The notes below the pieces were generated by a model, which saw only the letters and a list, made by a program, of their open reading frames with translations, searched no databases and was not told the DNA's origin. A stretch of 61,334 bases of DNA, counting the filler, from Platydemus manokwari (Eukaryota): the NCBI GenBank assembly GCA_037951405.1. It is 6 parts of 6 records of this genome, joined end to end, with 100 filler letters (N's around TTAATTAATTAA, not from the genome) between each part and the next. Parts side by side here need not be neighbours in the genome. Positions count along the whole stretch, not along the records: positions 41,084 to 51,206 come from JBBMOY011166102.1; positions 51,307 to 61,334 come from JBBMOY011177433.1; 4 more parts are not named here. One strand, given 5' to 3'. A program made the position numbers and the translations under genes. Each line of letters starts with the position of its first letter. Within the stretch, counting starts at the first letter, position 1. This document shows positions 41,590-53,096 of this stretch, in pieces.

Positions 41590-43220
41590 TTATACAGATC
41601 AATCCTTTGGCTTTTTAACCACTCACTCGAATTGCGCTGTCCAAGACTGGTCAGTACAATGGTCAGTATCGTGTCAACAAGTTTTTTGAAGCTAAAGTCG
41701 GCACTCTGTGAAGCACCAATTTTGGATGTCCCAAGAGAAAATAGGATATTTGTACTCGAGTTTTGATTAAATCGGAGCTGTTCTAAAGCCAAGTTACTGA
41801 AAAAGGAACAGAGGTAGTTATAGCCTATTGGTCTCGATCATTGACTAGTAACGAGAAAGGATACTTTGTTACCAAGAAGGAACTACTGGCTATCCACGAG
41901 TATGTTATTTACTTTAGGCAATACCTGCATGGGAATAAATTGAAGAAGGAACAGAAGTAGTTTCCAGTGCAAGACGAGACGCGATGGAACAAAGACAGAA
42001 AATCCGAAAACCAAATATTTAGCATAAATACAAATAAAATCGGAGTTAATGCAGAAAATACAGGATGCACAGCATTAAGATGCAGAAATAGTGAAGACAT
42101 TCAGATTTCTAAATTATGAAATAACTCTAACTAGCGCGGAGTTCTGGAACAAACATTCACTTTCGAGAATAAAAGATAAGATGAAAGTGGTCGACAATAT
42201 CCTGGTGCTGGAGAAAGCGAAAGGTTTGGCTGCTATAATACCGAAAAATTTTGCCGCTCAATTTGTCAAGACAATTCACGAGGAGCTCTGCTACTTAGGA
42301 TCAAAGAAAACCTTCTCATATTCGGACTACAGTTTTTATTGGTCTAACATGTTCAACACTATCAAACAGATACTGAAAGAATGTATTATATGTGCAAAAA
42401 GAAAGGAGTTCTTTCTCTCTCGGTTAGGCTCTGAGTTTCAAGAGCAAATCGTGGTGAACATTGCTCAAATGGACATGGTGCATAGTAACAAGAAGTATCT
42501 AGTAGTTATTATCGATAGATTCAGCAAGCTAATGAGCCTCACTGCTACATCTAAGCAAGATGGAAAGACAATCTGCTAGTCATTTTAAACCAGTGGATTT
42601 ATCGTTTTGGAAAACCAAACAGAATTCTATCTGATAACGGGAAACTATTTGGAAGCAAATTTATGAAGGAAGCGTGTTCAAAGTTGGATATCAAACAAGA
42701 ATTCAGGTCACGATACCATCATCAATCGAACGGGCTAGCTAAAAGAGTCATCAGGACGATACGAGATATGATAACAGCTACTTTAAAGGGTATGAGCCAT
42801 GAGAAAAATTGGGCTGAATTGTTGCTTGTGATAGAGTTTCGCATCAACGCAACACATCAATCAACAACGAAATTCTCGCCTTTCGAGAAAATCTACGGGC
42901 GGAAGATCAATGTTCATACAGATGTGAGTCACAAGATCTAAACTCGATATGATATTACAACAGCAACTAGAGAAAACTCTAAAGTCGCGGCCGACATAAT
43001 GTCTAACCGAGACAGGGGAAAAACAACACATCGAGCTTTTCAGGTGGGAGAGAAGGTGCCAGTTCGCCTAGATCCCCATGACAGGAAGAAGAATGGATAC
43101 CAATACGGAGCACCCTATCAAATTACCGGATTCAAGTCAGACAGACAACTGGAAATTCAATTCCCTCATGCGATAAAATCCAGACAATTAGAGTGGCTGA
43201 AACGATTTAGCGGGTCTTAA
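41590..43220 (+). mobile_element. Ty3/Gypsy pol relic: RNase H and integrase, with frameshifts and stops
   Basis: IAYWSRSLTSNEKGYFVTKKELLAIHEYVIYFRQYLHG (RNase H); HEELCYLG...CIICAKRK (integrase Zn finger); IDRFSK, WIYRFGKPNRILSDNG, YHHQSNGLAKRVIRTI, FSPFEKIYGR (rve core); FQVGEKV...GAPYQI (GPY/F-like). Confidence 0.92.
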
Positions 43221-43771
43221 GAGTAGTAACGTGATTAATTAAAGAAACACGTTGTATTTGTTTAAATATTTGATTGGCGGATTAATGTAGTTTTTTAAAA
43301 AAATATTACGTCTGAAATTGTTTATGACGTAACTAATATTAATTATAACAAATATTTTTAATCGATTATATTAAAAATATTTAATATTTGTATTTATAAA
43401 ATGGTCTTTCTCAAACCATTACTGTAATCTCTCAATTTGTTAAAATAATGGGAAAAATAATATAAAGTTATATTATTTGTACCGTGAAATTATGAAACAT
43501 GAAGAAGTGTTAGCAACAAACACATTATTTAAAAATTAGCGAAAATTAAATGTTTTTCAAAAAAATGATTCATCATTAAATTCTTGCCGATTTTATTATC
43601 TTTGATTGTATCTCCTAATACCTCCATAGAATGATGATAATGTTTATTTATTTTATTATTTTAAAATTCAATTTAAATGATAATTTAAACCAATAATATT
43701 TTTAATAAATCATTTTAATTTCAATTTTTATTTTATTTATAAAATATTATTTATATTATCAAATATAAATC

Positions 43772-45073
43772 ATGTCAAATATGTCGTTGGAAAATAAACT
43801 GAAAGCCATTGAAATGTATCAAGAAGGCGCTAAGTTGAAAGATCTCGTGAATATGTTTGAAACGCCCATACTAGAACTTATGTACTGCATAAACAACAAA
43901 GCACAAGTAATAGACCAAATGATTAAAAGCACAGATAAAATTACATCAGAAGAACTGGAAAGATTGGAAAAAATTGCTACGGGAAGGAGAAATACAAAAC
44001 AAAAAGAATTTTCAATCGATAATAAGTTGAAAGCCATTGAAATGTATGTAGATGGAGTCAAATTTGAAACAATAGCGAAAACATTAGAAATGTCTCCACA
44101 GGAAATTAAGTATTTCAAAAGATATAATATCAAAATTTTAGAAAAGATGGCAATAAACACAAATCAAATGACATCTGACGAAATAAAAAGATTGGAAAAT
44201 ATCACAAATCAGAGCAGAAAGAATAGGTTAAGAAAACCGAACTCTATCGATATTAAGTTAAGAGCCATTCAGATGTATATACAAGGAAATAATGTGAAAG
44301 AGATTGCAGATACATTGAAAATATCGGTTGACTTGGTTTCACACCTGGTAAATGATAAAACTAAATTGTTAGACAGAATCTCTAAAGATACGAAGGAAAT
44401 GGCTCCAGCAGAAATGAAAATTTTGGAAAAGCTCACAAATCGGAATAAAAAAGTTAAGTATTGGCAACCGAATTCTATCGAAGATAAGTTAAAGGTTATT
44501 GAGATGTATCAAGAAGGTGAAAAGGTGAAAACAATAGCAGATAAATTCCAAATGACTTCACAACAGGTTGTGTATTTTGTAAGAAATAAAAATAAATTAT
44601 TGGAAATGATAACAAAAGACATAGATCAAATGACTCCAGAAGAAATAAAAAGATTGGAAAAGCTCACAAAATGGAATGGACGCATGAGAAGATTCAAACC
44701 GAATCATTTTTCTCTGGAGACTAAGTTAAAGGCTATTAAGATGTATGAAGATGGAAGTAGGTTAGTAGAATTAGGAGATATATTCAAAACCTCTCCCACG
44801 GCAATTAAAAATTGGATTAAAAATAAAACTGTATTATTATATAAAAGCTTATCAGAAGAGTTGATAAAATTGGAAAATATCACTGATTTCCGACCCAATC
44901 CAAATGATCATGAAACTACGTCCATTGAAAAATTGGAAGAGAAAAGTGCAAATGACGTATCATTTGAAAACAACCAAACGAAATCAAATTATAATCTTAG
45001 ATCAAGAAATCTGAAAAGGAAAATTACTGAGATAGAAGAATTGGATAGACTCAAAATAAGACGAATTAATTAA
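43772..45073 (+). CDS. Intronless 433-aa protein of five tandem 76-79-aa HTH repeats (CENP-B N-terminal/pipsqueak-like); putative DNA-binding protein
   Basis: Repeats start at aa 5, 81, 158, 235 and 314 with consensus S(I/L)(D/E)xKLKAIEMYxxGxxxxxIAxxFxxSxxxxxxxxxNKxKLL; long intact ORF in about 25% GC DNA; basic C-terminus YNLRSRNLKRK; AATAAA near 45192. Confidence 0.85.
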   Translation: MSNMSLENKLKAIEMYQEGAKLKDLVNMFETPILELMYCINNKAQVIDQMIKSTDKITSEELERLEKIATGRRNTKQKEFSIDNKLKAIEMYVDGVKFETIAKTLEMSPQEIKYFKRYNIKILEKMAINTNQMTSDEIKRLENITNQSRKNRLRKPNSIDIKLRAIQMYIQGNNVKEIADTLKISVDLVSHLVNDKTKLLDRISKDTKEMAPAEMKILEKLTNRNKKVKYWQPNSIEDKLKVIEMYQEGEKVKTIADKFQMTSQQVVYFVRNKNKLLEMITKDIDQMTPEEIKRLEKLTKWNGRMRRFKPNHFSLETKLKAIKMYEDGSRLVELGDIFKTSPTAIKNWIKNKTVLLYKSLSEELIKLENITDFRPNPNDHETTSIEKLEEKSANDVSFENNQTKSNYNLRSRNLKRKITEIEELDRLKIRRIN

Positions 45074-45965
45074 ATGAGAGATACGAAAATTGAATTTGTT
45101 ATTTAATATATGTTTAGTAATAATAATTAGTTTTAATTTTTTGACTTTGTATATTATTAAAACATTTAATTTAAAAGAAGTCATGTTAACCAATAAAAAT
45201 TAAAAATTCAGTAAATAATATTTTTTCATATTAAATTCGAATTCATTAAATTAATATTTAGTGGATTTCAAATTATACAATTTCGAGACTGAAAACTTTT
45301 TTTCTGCATTACTCAAATTTATATGAAAAATTAAAATGCATTTCTTTTTATTATCTTTTTAGCCTTGAAATTTTCTTTAATTTTTATATCTTCTATTTCT
45401 ACTTTTCAAAAGCTTGTTTGTGAAAGTTAGAAACATTTACAATAAATTCCATTAAATATCTCACCCCCAATCTCTATTTTTGTGAGATTTATAAAAATTT
45501 ATCAAAAAATAAATAAATAAATAATTAAAATAAATATTAGTAATTACTAAACATAATCAAATTACGAAAATCAAACATATTCAAATAAAAGTATGAAATC
45601 AATGGGTTTTATATGAATTAATTATTATATGAAGGATTTTATATGAATCAATTTAATGATGGGCTCGGTATTTTCATTATTGAAACTGGAACTTTCCACC
45701 AATTTTTAAAATGTTATTATTCCATCAATTTTACTAACTAAAAAAGTTTATAAAATCCTTTGTAAGGATAATATTTCTTAAATAAAATTCGAATACAAAT
45801 AATACCTTAATGTCTCACCAAAAAAGATTATAAAATGTTATTTAAAAATGATGAGTATCGATCCAGACCTGGATTGTCTCTAGCAGAATAGCACTGCATA
45901 CATTTAGTCTCTCACTGGTGAGAAAGGACTCGCCCTGCGAGGTTCTTACGGCGAAATATCGAATT

Positions 45966-46208
45966 ACTTCATCATATACCGCTCAAGCCAAGTATGTCTT
46001 TGAAGACCGATTTCATGCTGACACTGTCCGGCTTTACAACTTCGTTGTTCTTTCAGTCAACAGCAGGTAATCCCTTTGAGCAGAATTTATTGCCAGATTT
46101 TTGGACCAGCAGTAAATGAGTAGAATTACTGTTCTAAACTTCATCCTATACCGCTCAAGCCAAGTTTCCTTTGAAGACCGATTTCATGTTGACATTATCG
46201 GGCTTTAC
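45966..46208 (+). repeat. Direct duplication of about 72 bp (45966-46037 and 46138-46208)
   Basis: Both copies read cttcatc.tataccgctcaagccaagt.t..ctttgaagaccgatttcatg.tgaca...ggctttac. Confidence 0.85.
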
Positions 46209-47388
46209 TCCTCCACCAGCCAGAAACAGTTGAAAGTGTCATTTGGTGGTCATTGTTGTATAAACGTTGCTGATGAATCACTCTGCGGGTTTGTAAAAAA
46301 AATTTGTAGTTAAGTATGCTGTGATTGGTTGATTGCTTTGCCTGTATGGTTATGTAAATATACAAATGCTTAAAATTCAAAATTAATGTTTCCACTGTGC
46401 ATAATCGTTTTTCTTTTTCAAAATTTTGTCTCTACTATGGAGATTTTTATTACAATGGGAATTTAAAATGGTTTTTGAGTTGTATTATTTTGATAGATAT
46501 TATAAACTAATTTTACAATATTACTTCGGATTTAATTTATTTCATTTTATTTATGTCAATCGCAGACCCTCCAGAATTTTACATTAAAATATTTAATATT
46601 ATTTCATGAAAAATACTTTCATACATGGGCAACTATTATCAGATCATTGTATTTTCAAATTATCCCAAACCCCAATATATAAATTCAAATATCATGATCA
46701 AAATAACTGAAACTTAAAATATATAATATTCACAATAATTCGATACCTATAAATAAATAACAGATGACATATGAAAGCTTTTTCTGTGTTTAAGCTGATG
46801 CACTAAAAATAATTTACAACCCGCATTTGGAATTAATATCACTTAACTCTGGAGAAAGAAGAATGCCTAAGAAAACTCAATGTTAATAAGTATGTCAAGT
46901 GTTATATACAAAATTTGACAAATTTAATTTTAGGTAAAAATTGATTAGTAAATCGTTTTTTAAGTTATGTAACACAAATTTACTCATTGTTCCATTCTGA
47001 TAGTTGAATTGAATTCTACATTGAATGATTGGAAATGTCTGCCTAAAATTGGGTTTACTTGTGTTATCATGGTAATATTAGAGGTTACAACAGTAATCAA
47101 AAACAAAGTATAATTAACATGTTTATGCAAATAATTACTTCTTTGTCAATATGCAACGACTAATTTCTTTCTTAACTCTCAGTAATATATTTAGAGCTTT
47201 ATTATTTTGGTAGTTGTTTTCATTAATAAACTTTTTCACGGCTTGTTTCTTAATAAAATATTAGGTAGTGTTTTGTCCTTGTTAAAGTGATCATTTAACA
47301 ATACTCAATATTCCATAATATATTTCCAAATGATAGATAATACCAACTTTAATAATATCAAACAACAAACTAGAATTCAAACTAAAAA

Positions 47389-48360
47389 TTATGGTTTCCA
47401 AACGACATTTATTGGCCAATTTTGATGACCTATAATGTTCAACTCAGAACCCTCTAATGTGTATGGCCTGAATTTGTGTCGCTTGAATAAAAGTATTAAT
47501 TCAATAATATCTGCATTGTCTTTTATCCAGGCCCATTCAATAACTATTGCGAGGAATTTGAAATTTTTGAACATCAATTCCGATTTTCGAAAAGCTGATA
47601 TTTCATGGCCTTCTATATCGATTTTCATAATGATATTCTTATGTTTCAAAAATGGTACCAAATCATCCATATAGATCCCTTTTACGCTCTCAGGGTTGGA
47701 ATTATTTAACTTTACAATATCTATATCTGTTTTCATTCCGAAATTATCGTGAGAATCAGTTAAGGCATTATTTATTGTTACTACTTGAGAAGTTAAATTA
47801 TTCTTAACAATTGTTTCATATAATACTTTAATATATAGTAAATGTGCATCGACAGCAATCACATCAAATCCAAGGCAAGCCATATTTAGTGTATGGATAC
47901 CTATGTTGCATCCGATGTCGATGAAATGAAAATCTTGATTTTTACTTAGTATAGTCAAACTGCTAAACACATCGTCTTCAAATGAAAGTCCACGTCTAAA
48001 TAAATTAGACAAAAAATCCGTACTGTTACTAACTGATACTTCCATAGACTTTTGGCCGCATTTTCTTTCAACCATATCATATCCTTGTAATTTACTACTG
48101 TTGTAAACATTAACGAATTTTGATAAATGTAGCTTGGACTTATTATCGAATAGAAAATCATTTTTTAAGGAATATGTTGAATATGACGGGATGCTTTCAG
48201 ATGGTTTTACATTTTCAAATGTAGTTGTTGTATTTTCTCTAATATATATAAGCCTTTGAATGTTTTTCTCGTCACTTTCTGTTGTATAATTGAAAACAAT
48301 AATTCCACCAATAATAAATAGAATAAAGAGTACGAGGAAATAATGAAATTTATTCAGCAT
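47389..48360 (-). CDS. FkbM-family (Methyltransf_21) SAM-dependent methyltransferase, type II membrane protein, 323 aa, intronless
   Basis: N-terminal TM FLVLFILFIIGGIIVF and stem with NxT/S sequons; motif I FIDIGCNIGIHTL; VIAVDA; INNAL; IIMKIDIEGHE; IVIEW are FkbM hallmarks. Confidence 0.88.
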   Translation of the reverse strand: MLNKFHYFLVLFILFIIGGIIVFNYTTESDEKNIQRLIYIRENTTTTFENVKPSESIPSYSTYSLKNDFLFDNKSKLHLSKFVNVYNSSKLQGYDMVERKCGQKSMEVSVSNSTDFLSNLFRRGLSFEDDVFSSLTILSKNQDFHFIDIGCNIGIHTLNMACLGFDVIAVDAHLLYIKVLYETIVKNNLTSQVVTINNALTDSHDNFGMKTDIDIVKLNNSNPESVKGIYMDDLVPFLKHKNIIMKIDIEGHEISAFRKSELMFKNFKFLAIVIEWAWIKDNADIIELILLFKRHKFRPYTLEGSELNIIGHQNWPINVVWKP

Positions 48361-48879
48361 TTATATTTTTTAGATAATCGATTGAATAATTTATTATCAA
48401 TAAATGTAAAATAACCTTAGAAATACATTTTGATTAAATATATTATTATTAAAGTTAATCGAAGAGTTAATAAAATGAAATAAGCAGTCTTAAATTATAA
48501 ATAGTTAATCTTTGTAATTGATTGAAACAAAATAATAAAAAACAACATGTGAGAATTTTTAAATGAATTTAATTTTTAAAGATTTAATTCAAATTCCATA
48601 AAATTATATTTGTTTGTTTAAAAATGTAATATGGTCTTATGATTTTTCAGTTCGTTTTCAATGCGTGCTTCACAAAATAATAAAATCTTAGTATGTATTT
48701 TCTTCATTAACTATTTCATATTAAAACGAAAGCATAACTATCTATAAACTGTAAATATTATGAAATCAATAAAGATTAAAAATACTGAGAAAAAATGAAA
48801 ATTAAAATGTAATCTATATTCCTCAAAAATAACAAATTCAATTACAAAAACATTATTCAAATCCACTTCAAATTCTTCA

Positions 48880-51152
48880 CTATTTTGGCATTTTGAAATT
48901 TGCAAGCTCCATTTCTCTTTTTCGAATCATTGCATAGCAAATAGATCCACCAATTATCACAACATTACTTAACCACCACAATACACTTTTAATTTCATTA
49001 AAAATGAAGTATGCAATGATTGTCTGAGCGCAAGCTTTAGCAGTTCCAGAAACGCTGTGAGTAAGAGGACTTGTAACTTTGATTTGCAGACCAGTTACAT
49101 ATCCGATTGCAAAACCAAACAAACCACTAGTTATCATTAAAAACCAAAAATGTGTGCTAAAAACAAAATAATATCATGATTATTAATACACTGATTTTGA
49201 ATAATAAATTCGATATTATTTATGAATAATTAAAATGAGGTAGTGTTTATTTTTTTAATATTTTTTATCATTAAAATAATATAAATATTATTAACAAAGA
49301 TTTATAACTTGTTTAATGTATAACTTATAGTTTGTTAATAGTAAAAACTTCAATAAAAATATTTCATAAATAGTCCCATAAAATAATGTTAACATAATTT
49401 TAAAATTGTTAAAGCTTAAATGCGAGTTTTTGACTGAATTCGGTGCAATTACGAAGTTGAAGCTTTCAAATAAAACGACTTATCTTGAAACATTTAATTA
49501 GGTTATTTATCGCTTTTTAATTTCAGTATATGAACCGGAATTATCCATTCCACTGAATCAGAGTCAATTAATTTTCTAATTCAATCTACAATTCAAATAT
49601 TTATTATTTATATCTTTATGAAATATAATTCAGAAATGAATCTATATTATCAATATTGTACACTTCGGTTTTTCATCATAGTAAAAAGGTCTCACTTTTT
49701 AACTGAATTACGTGAACAAAGAGCGAATAAAAAATTGACGTGTTAATCAGCCGACATAAATTTCATTAAATTCTTATCAATTTTAATACACAGCCATGTT
49801 TGTCGTGATTTATTCAGTGGTGATTTATAAACTCTTTTGAATTTCACAGAATTTAACAATCTTATTAATCTTTGTTAATTAATTAATTTTAGCGTGTGGT
49901 GAAATTAAAAAATGTTTTGTTTTGACGATATCATTTAAAGATTTCATATCTTAAAAGTTGTTCTTGGTAATAAGTTTATCTGAAGTAAAATTAAAAATTA
50001 TTTTTATTCCGTCAAGGACTAAGGAAATTTTAACCCGAACTAATATTTCTGCTCATAATTACACTTTCCAAACAATAAAATCTGGTCAAATTTTATAATT
50101 TTTAACAAATAAACTGAAACATTTTAATGTAAATAGACTGATTTTATCAGCTCATTAAGGTTTCTGTTTCCTTTTGTCCAAACTCATTCAATAATTATTG
50201 CGAGGAATTTGAAATTTTTGAACATCAATTCCGATTTTCAAAAAGCTGATATTTCATTCAATATTTCATTCTGTACACACATAATTTGTTACCGTGCCAT
50301 ACACATTTATAATTTTTGATGTTTGTAACGTGGAAGTAATATTTGTTTTAATAATTGGTTTAAAATATATATGAAAATAAATCAAATATGATAAAATCTT
50401 CACGGGTTTTTGATTTGCCATCGTTTCCCATTAAGTAATTCAAAATATTTATTCCTTCAAATAGAGATAATATAAATAATACTAATATTTATTCGCTATA
50501 TTTCATTTTAAATAATCTATTAATAATCAATAAATGTATGAATTGTATTTTAGAAAATAATTTATAATATTATAAATAATCAAACTAAAAAAATATCAAA
50601 TATTTTATGAGAATAATATTATTAACAAGTTAATTTTAATTCCAGACAATCTAGAAATTGTGCTTCTTTTTATAATATAGCTGGTTTTAAAGAATATTTC
50701 TCAGCTGCTCATATGATTGAATAATAACGCTTAAAATGGAAGCCCAATGAATTTATCAAAAATTATTTATCAAATATCAATCAATATCGTTTGTATTTAA
50801 TTTAAATTTTTATGAATGTTATTATTTTAAATAATATTTATTTAATAAATAAAATGTCAAGGATAGATATATCGTTATTAATGGGCTATTTTAAAGCTAA
50901 TAAATTTTATTACAAATTAAATGGATCCTACATCCTACTTCAGAAAATGTGGAAAATTCTTTAATTCCTCGATTTCTCCAGTCAGATAAATAATGGGAAT
51001 GAAAATAATGCAAGCATTAACATTGTTGTAAAAGCACAATATCCAAACATCGTCATTGACGACCGAAATTTTCTTTCTTGTATAGATGGAATTCAGAGCA
51101 ACAAAAGCACTGGCACCCACGCCAAATATAACCCCTCTCCATGAGACATAGC
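48880..51152 (-). CDS. SLC35C1: GDP-fucose transporter, last two exons (51152-50939, 49156-48880); 5' part beyond the contig end
   Basis: [26 protein letters not shown]...FYNNVNAC...[52 protein letters not shown] matches the SLC35C1 signature; GT-AG phase-2 splice is in frame. Confidence 0.93.
50172..50257 (-). pseudogene. 86-bp duplicated fragment of the FkbM methyltransferase CDS inside the SLC35C1 intron
   Basis: Near-identical to 47521-47606 (cattcaataa.tattgcgaggaatttgaaatttttgaacatcaattccgattttc.aaaagctgatatttcat). Confidence 0.85.
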
Positions 51153-51206
51153 CTAATAAGTAAATAGTTGGTTCAAAATTTTCAAACAGATTATCAGATA
51201 TATATA

Positions 51207-51306
51207 NNNNNNNNNNNNNNNNNNNNNNNNNNNNNNNNNNNNNNNNNNNNTTAATTAATTAANNNNNNNNNNNNNNNNNNNNNNNNNNNNNNNNNNNNNN
51301 NNNNNN
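51207..51306. other. Artificial contig-joining spacer
   Basis: 44N-TTAATTAATTAA-44N. Confidence 0.97.
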
Positions 51307-51554
51307 ACGACATTATATGCAAGCAATACTCCCAGCGACATCTTTTATCAAATCGAAATTTTAAGGTTATACACCCAATATTTCCTTATTCAAAATAATT
51401 AAAAACAAGGCATTATCAAAATTAAAGTGCTCGATAAAACAAAACACACCAAAATCACAAGGTCAAAAACATATTATAAAGTTGATATTCGATGTCAATT
51501 GCGAAATTTCGAACACACAACAAAGTATGTAATGTTTACATTTTGCCACTCAAC

Positions 51555-53096
51555 TATGAACACAAAGGTGATGCGGATAAACAAATGTGAGGATAATTAA
51601 ATGAATTAAATAAGCAAAACATTGATTGCGTTGATTTGTCCAGGTATTTTATAGGATCTATAAATTTACAGGTGATATTATCATGGTTAATTGGTTTGAA
51701 TGTTTTTCCTGTAATAATTTCATAAAATATTGATTGATTGATAAAATATTGAAGATTTATTTCAGAATTATTGATAATCGAATAAATTATATTTATTTAA
51801 TAAAATATTTTATTGAAATTTAATTGTCTATTGATGAACAGTAGATTGATCAAAGATTCGATATTAAAGGAAATCAATTTCAAAAATAGATTATTATCCC
51901 AACATGTTTAAAATGACCAATGATGACTCGTAACATCATGTTGTGTCTATAGGGCTGTGAACAAAATTGCTATTTTTATTCTATTCTTTTATTATTATTT
52001 TAAGATCAAACTAAAAGGATTTTAACATATTGAACAATTTCTCAACAAATTCAACAACATTGACAAAGAATCTTTGAATTTAGAAAATCCAAAAATTTCT
52101 TACGATCTTTTATAAATATAATTTTTCATTAAAATTCATTACAAAAGTTGGAATGATAAATGTATAATTGTAATGAATTGTCCAAATATTAAGAGAAATT
52201 ATAATAAACAAAATTAGAATAATGCTTTAATTTTGCCGCTCCGAACACTTTGAAAGGAAAATACGTTTTACATATAAAAATTACGTACTCTACAATTGTA
52301 AAAATTAATCAAAAATTTTTAATTAATTAAAATTATTTCCTCTTTTTTCTTTTAGATATTTCTATGTTATTAGATATTTCTCTAGAAATTTTGCCTCAAA
52401 GTTTTGTTATAGAGAAAAGCGATCACGTTTTATTAACTATGAAATGATAGACGGAATTTTTCCAGTCAAAACAAATATTTATTCAATTGAGATTGGTTGT
52501 CATGACAGTGTGTTATTTATTCTTCCCACACTTTATTGTTTGCAGACACATGTCTGCTACCGCATTTATTATAAATTCAAATTGATGTTTAGTTCTTGGA
52601 AAAAAGTTTCTTTTTGAAAAAATTACTTGAGTCGTCTATCTATAAATTGATACAAAAATGTTTTCAGTTTTTAGATTTTTCTTTTTCCTTAATAATTATA
52701 TGAGTTTTATATCAATGTTCGAATTCTTTTAGATATTTCCAAATCTTTGATTTTAATCTAGATAATTATCAATGTCAGGTTATATTTATATAAGTATAAT
52801 TAAATAAGCAATAGTGGTTTTAATTATTAAAGTAAAACAATTATTGAAGTTTTTTTGTCATCAATCATAAAAATTCATAACACGGTACTGTGATTTGTGC
52901 ATAAAATTACTCAAAAATCTCGAACATAACCTTGAAATAAAGTCAACAATGCAGTGTACACCGCCATACAACACACATCACCCCAAAAGTAAATCACCTG
53001 CATTTGAATTAACGATCTTTGATTGGATTTGGTTTGAAATACATTGAAATACACCAATGGCAGAAGAAACAGAAAGAAATTTGCCCATGTAAAATT
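51555..53096 (-). pseudogene. Possible degenerate membrane-protein gene (exon 53096-52931 spliced to an exon starting about 51657)
   Basis: Splice-site-bounded 166-nt open exon NFTWANFFLFLLPLVYFNVF...IYFWGDVCCMAVYTALLTLFQ; the phase-compatible next exon DPIKYLDKSTQSMFCLFNS... stops early; family not identified. Confidence 0.3.

Noticed and set aside
43819-44898. Antisense ORFs over the HTH gene (similar shadow ORFs overlap the FkbM and UTP4 genes)
   Set aside because: Shadow frames of real coding sequence.
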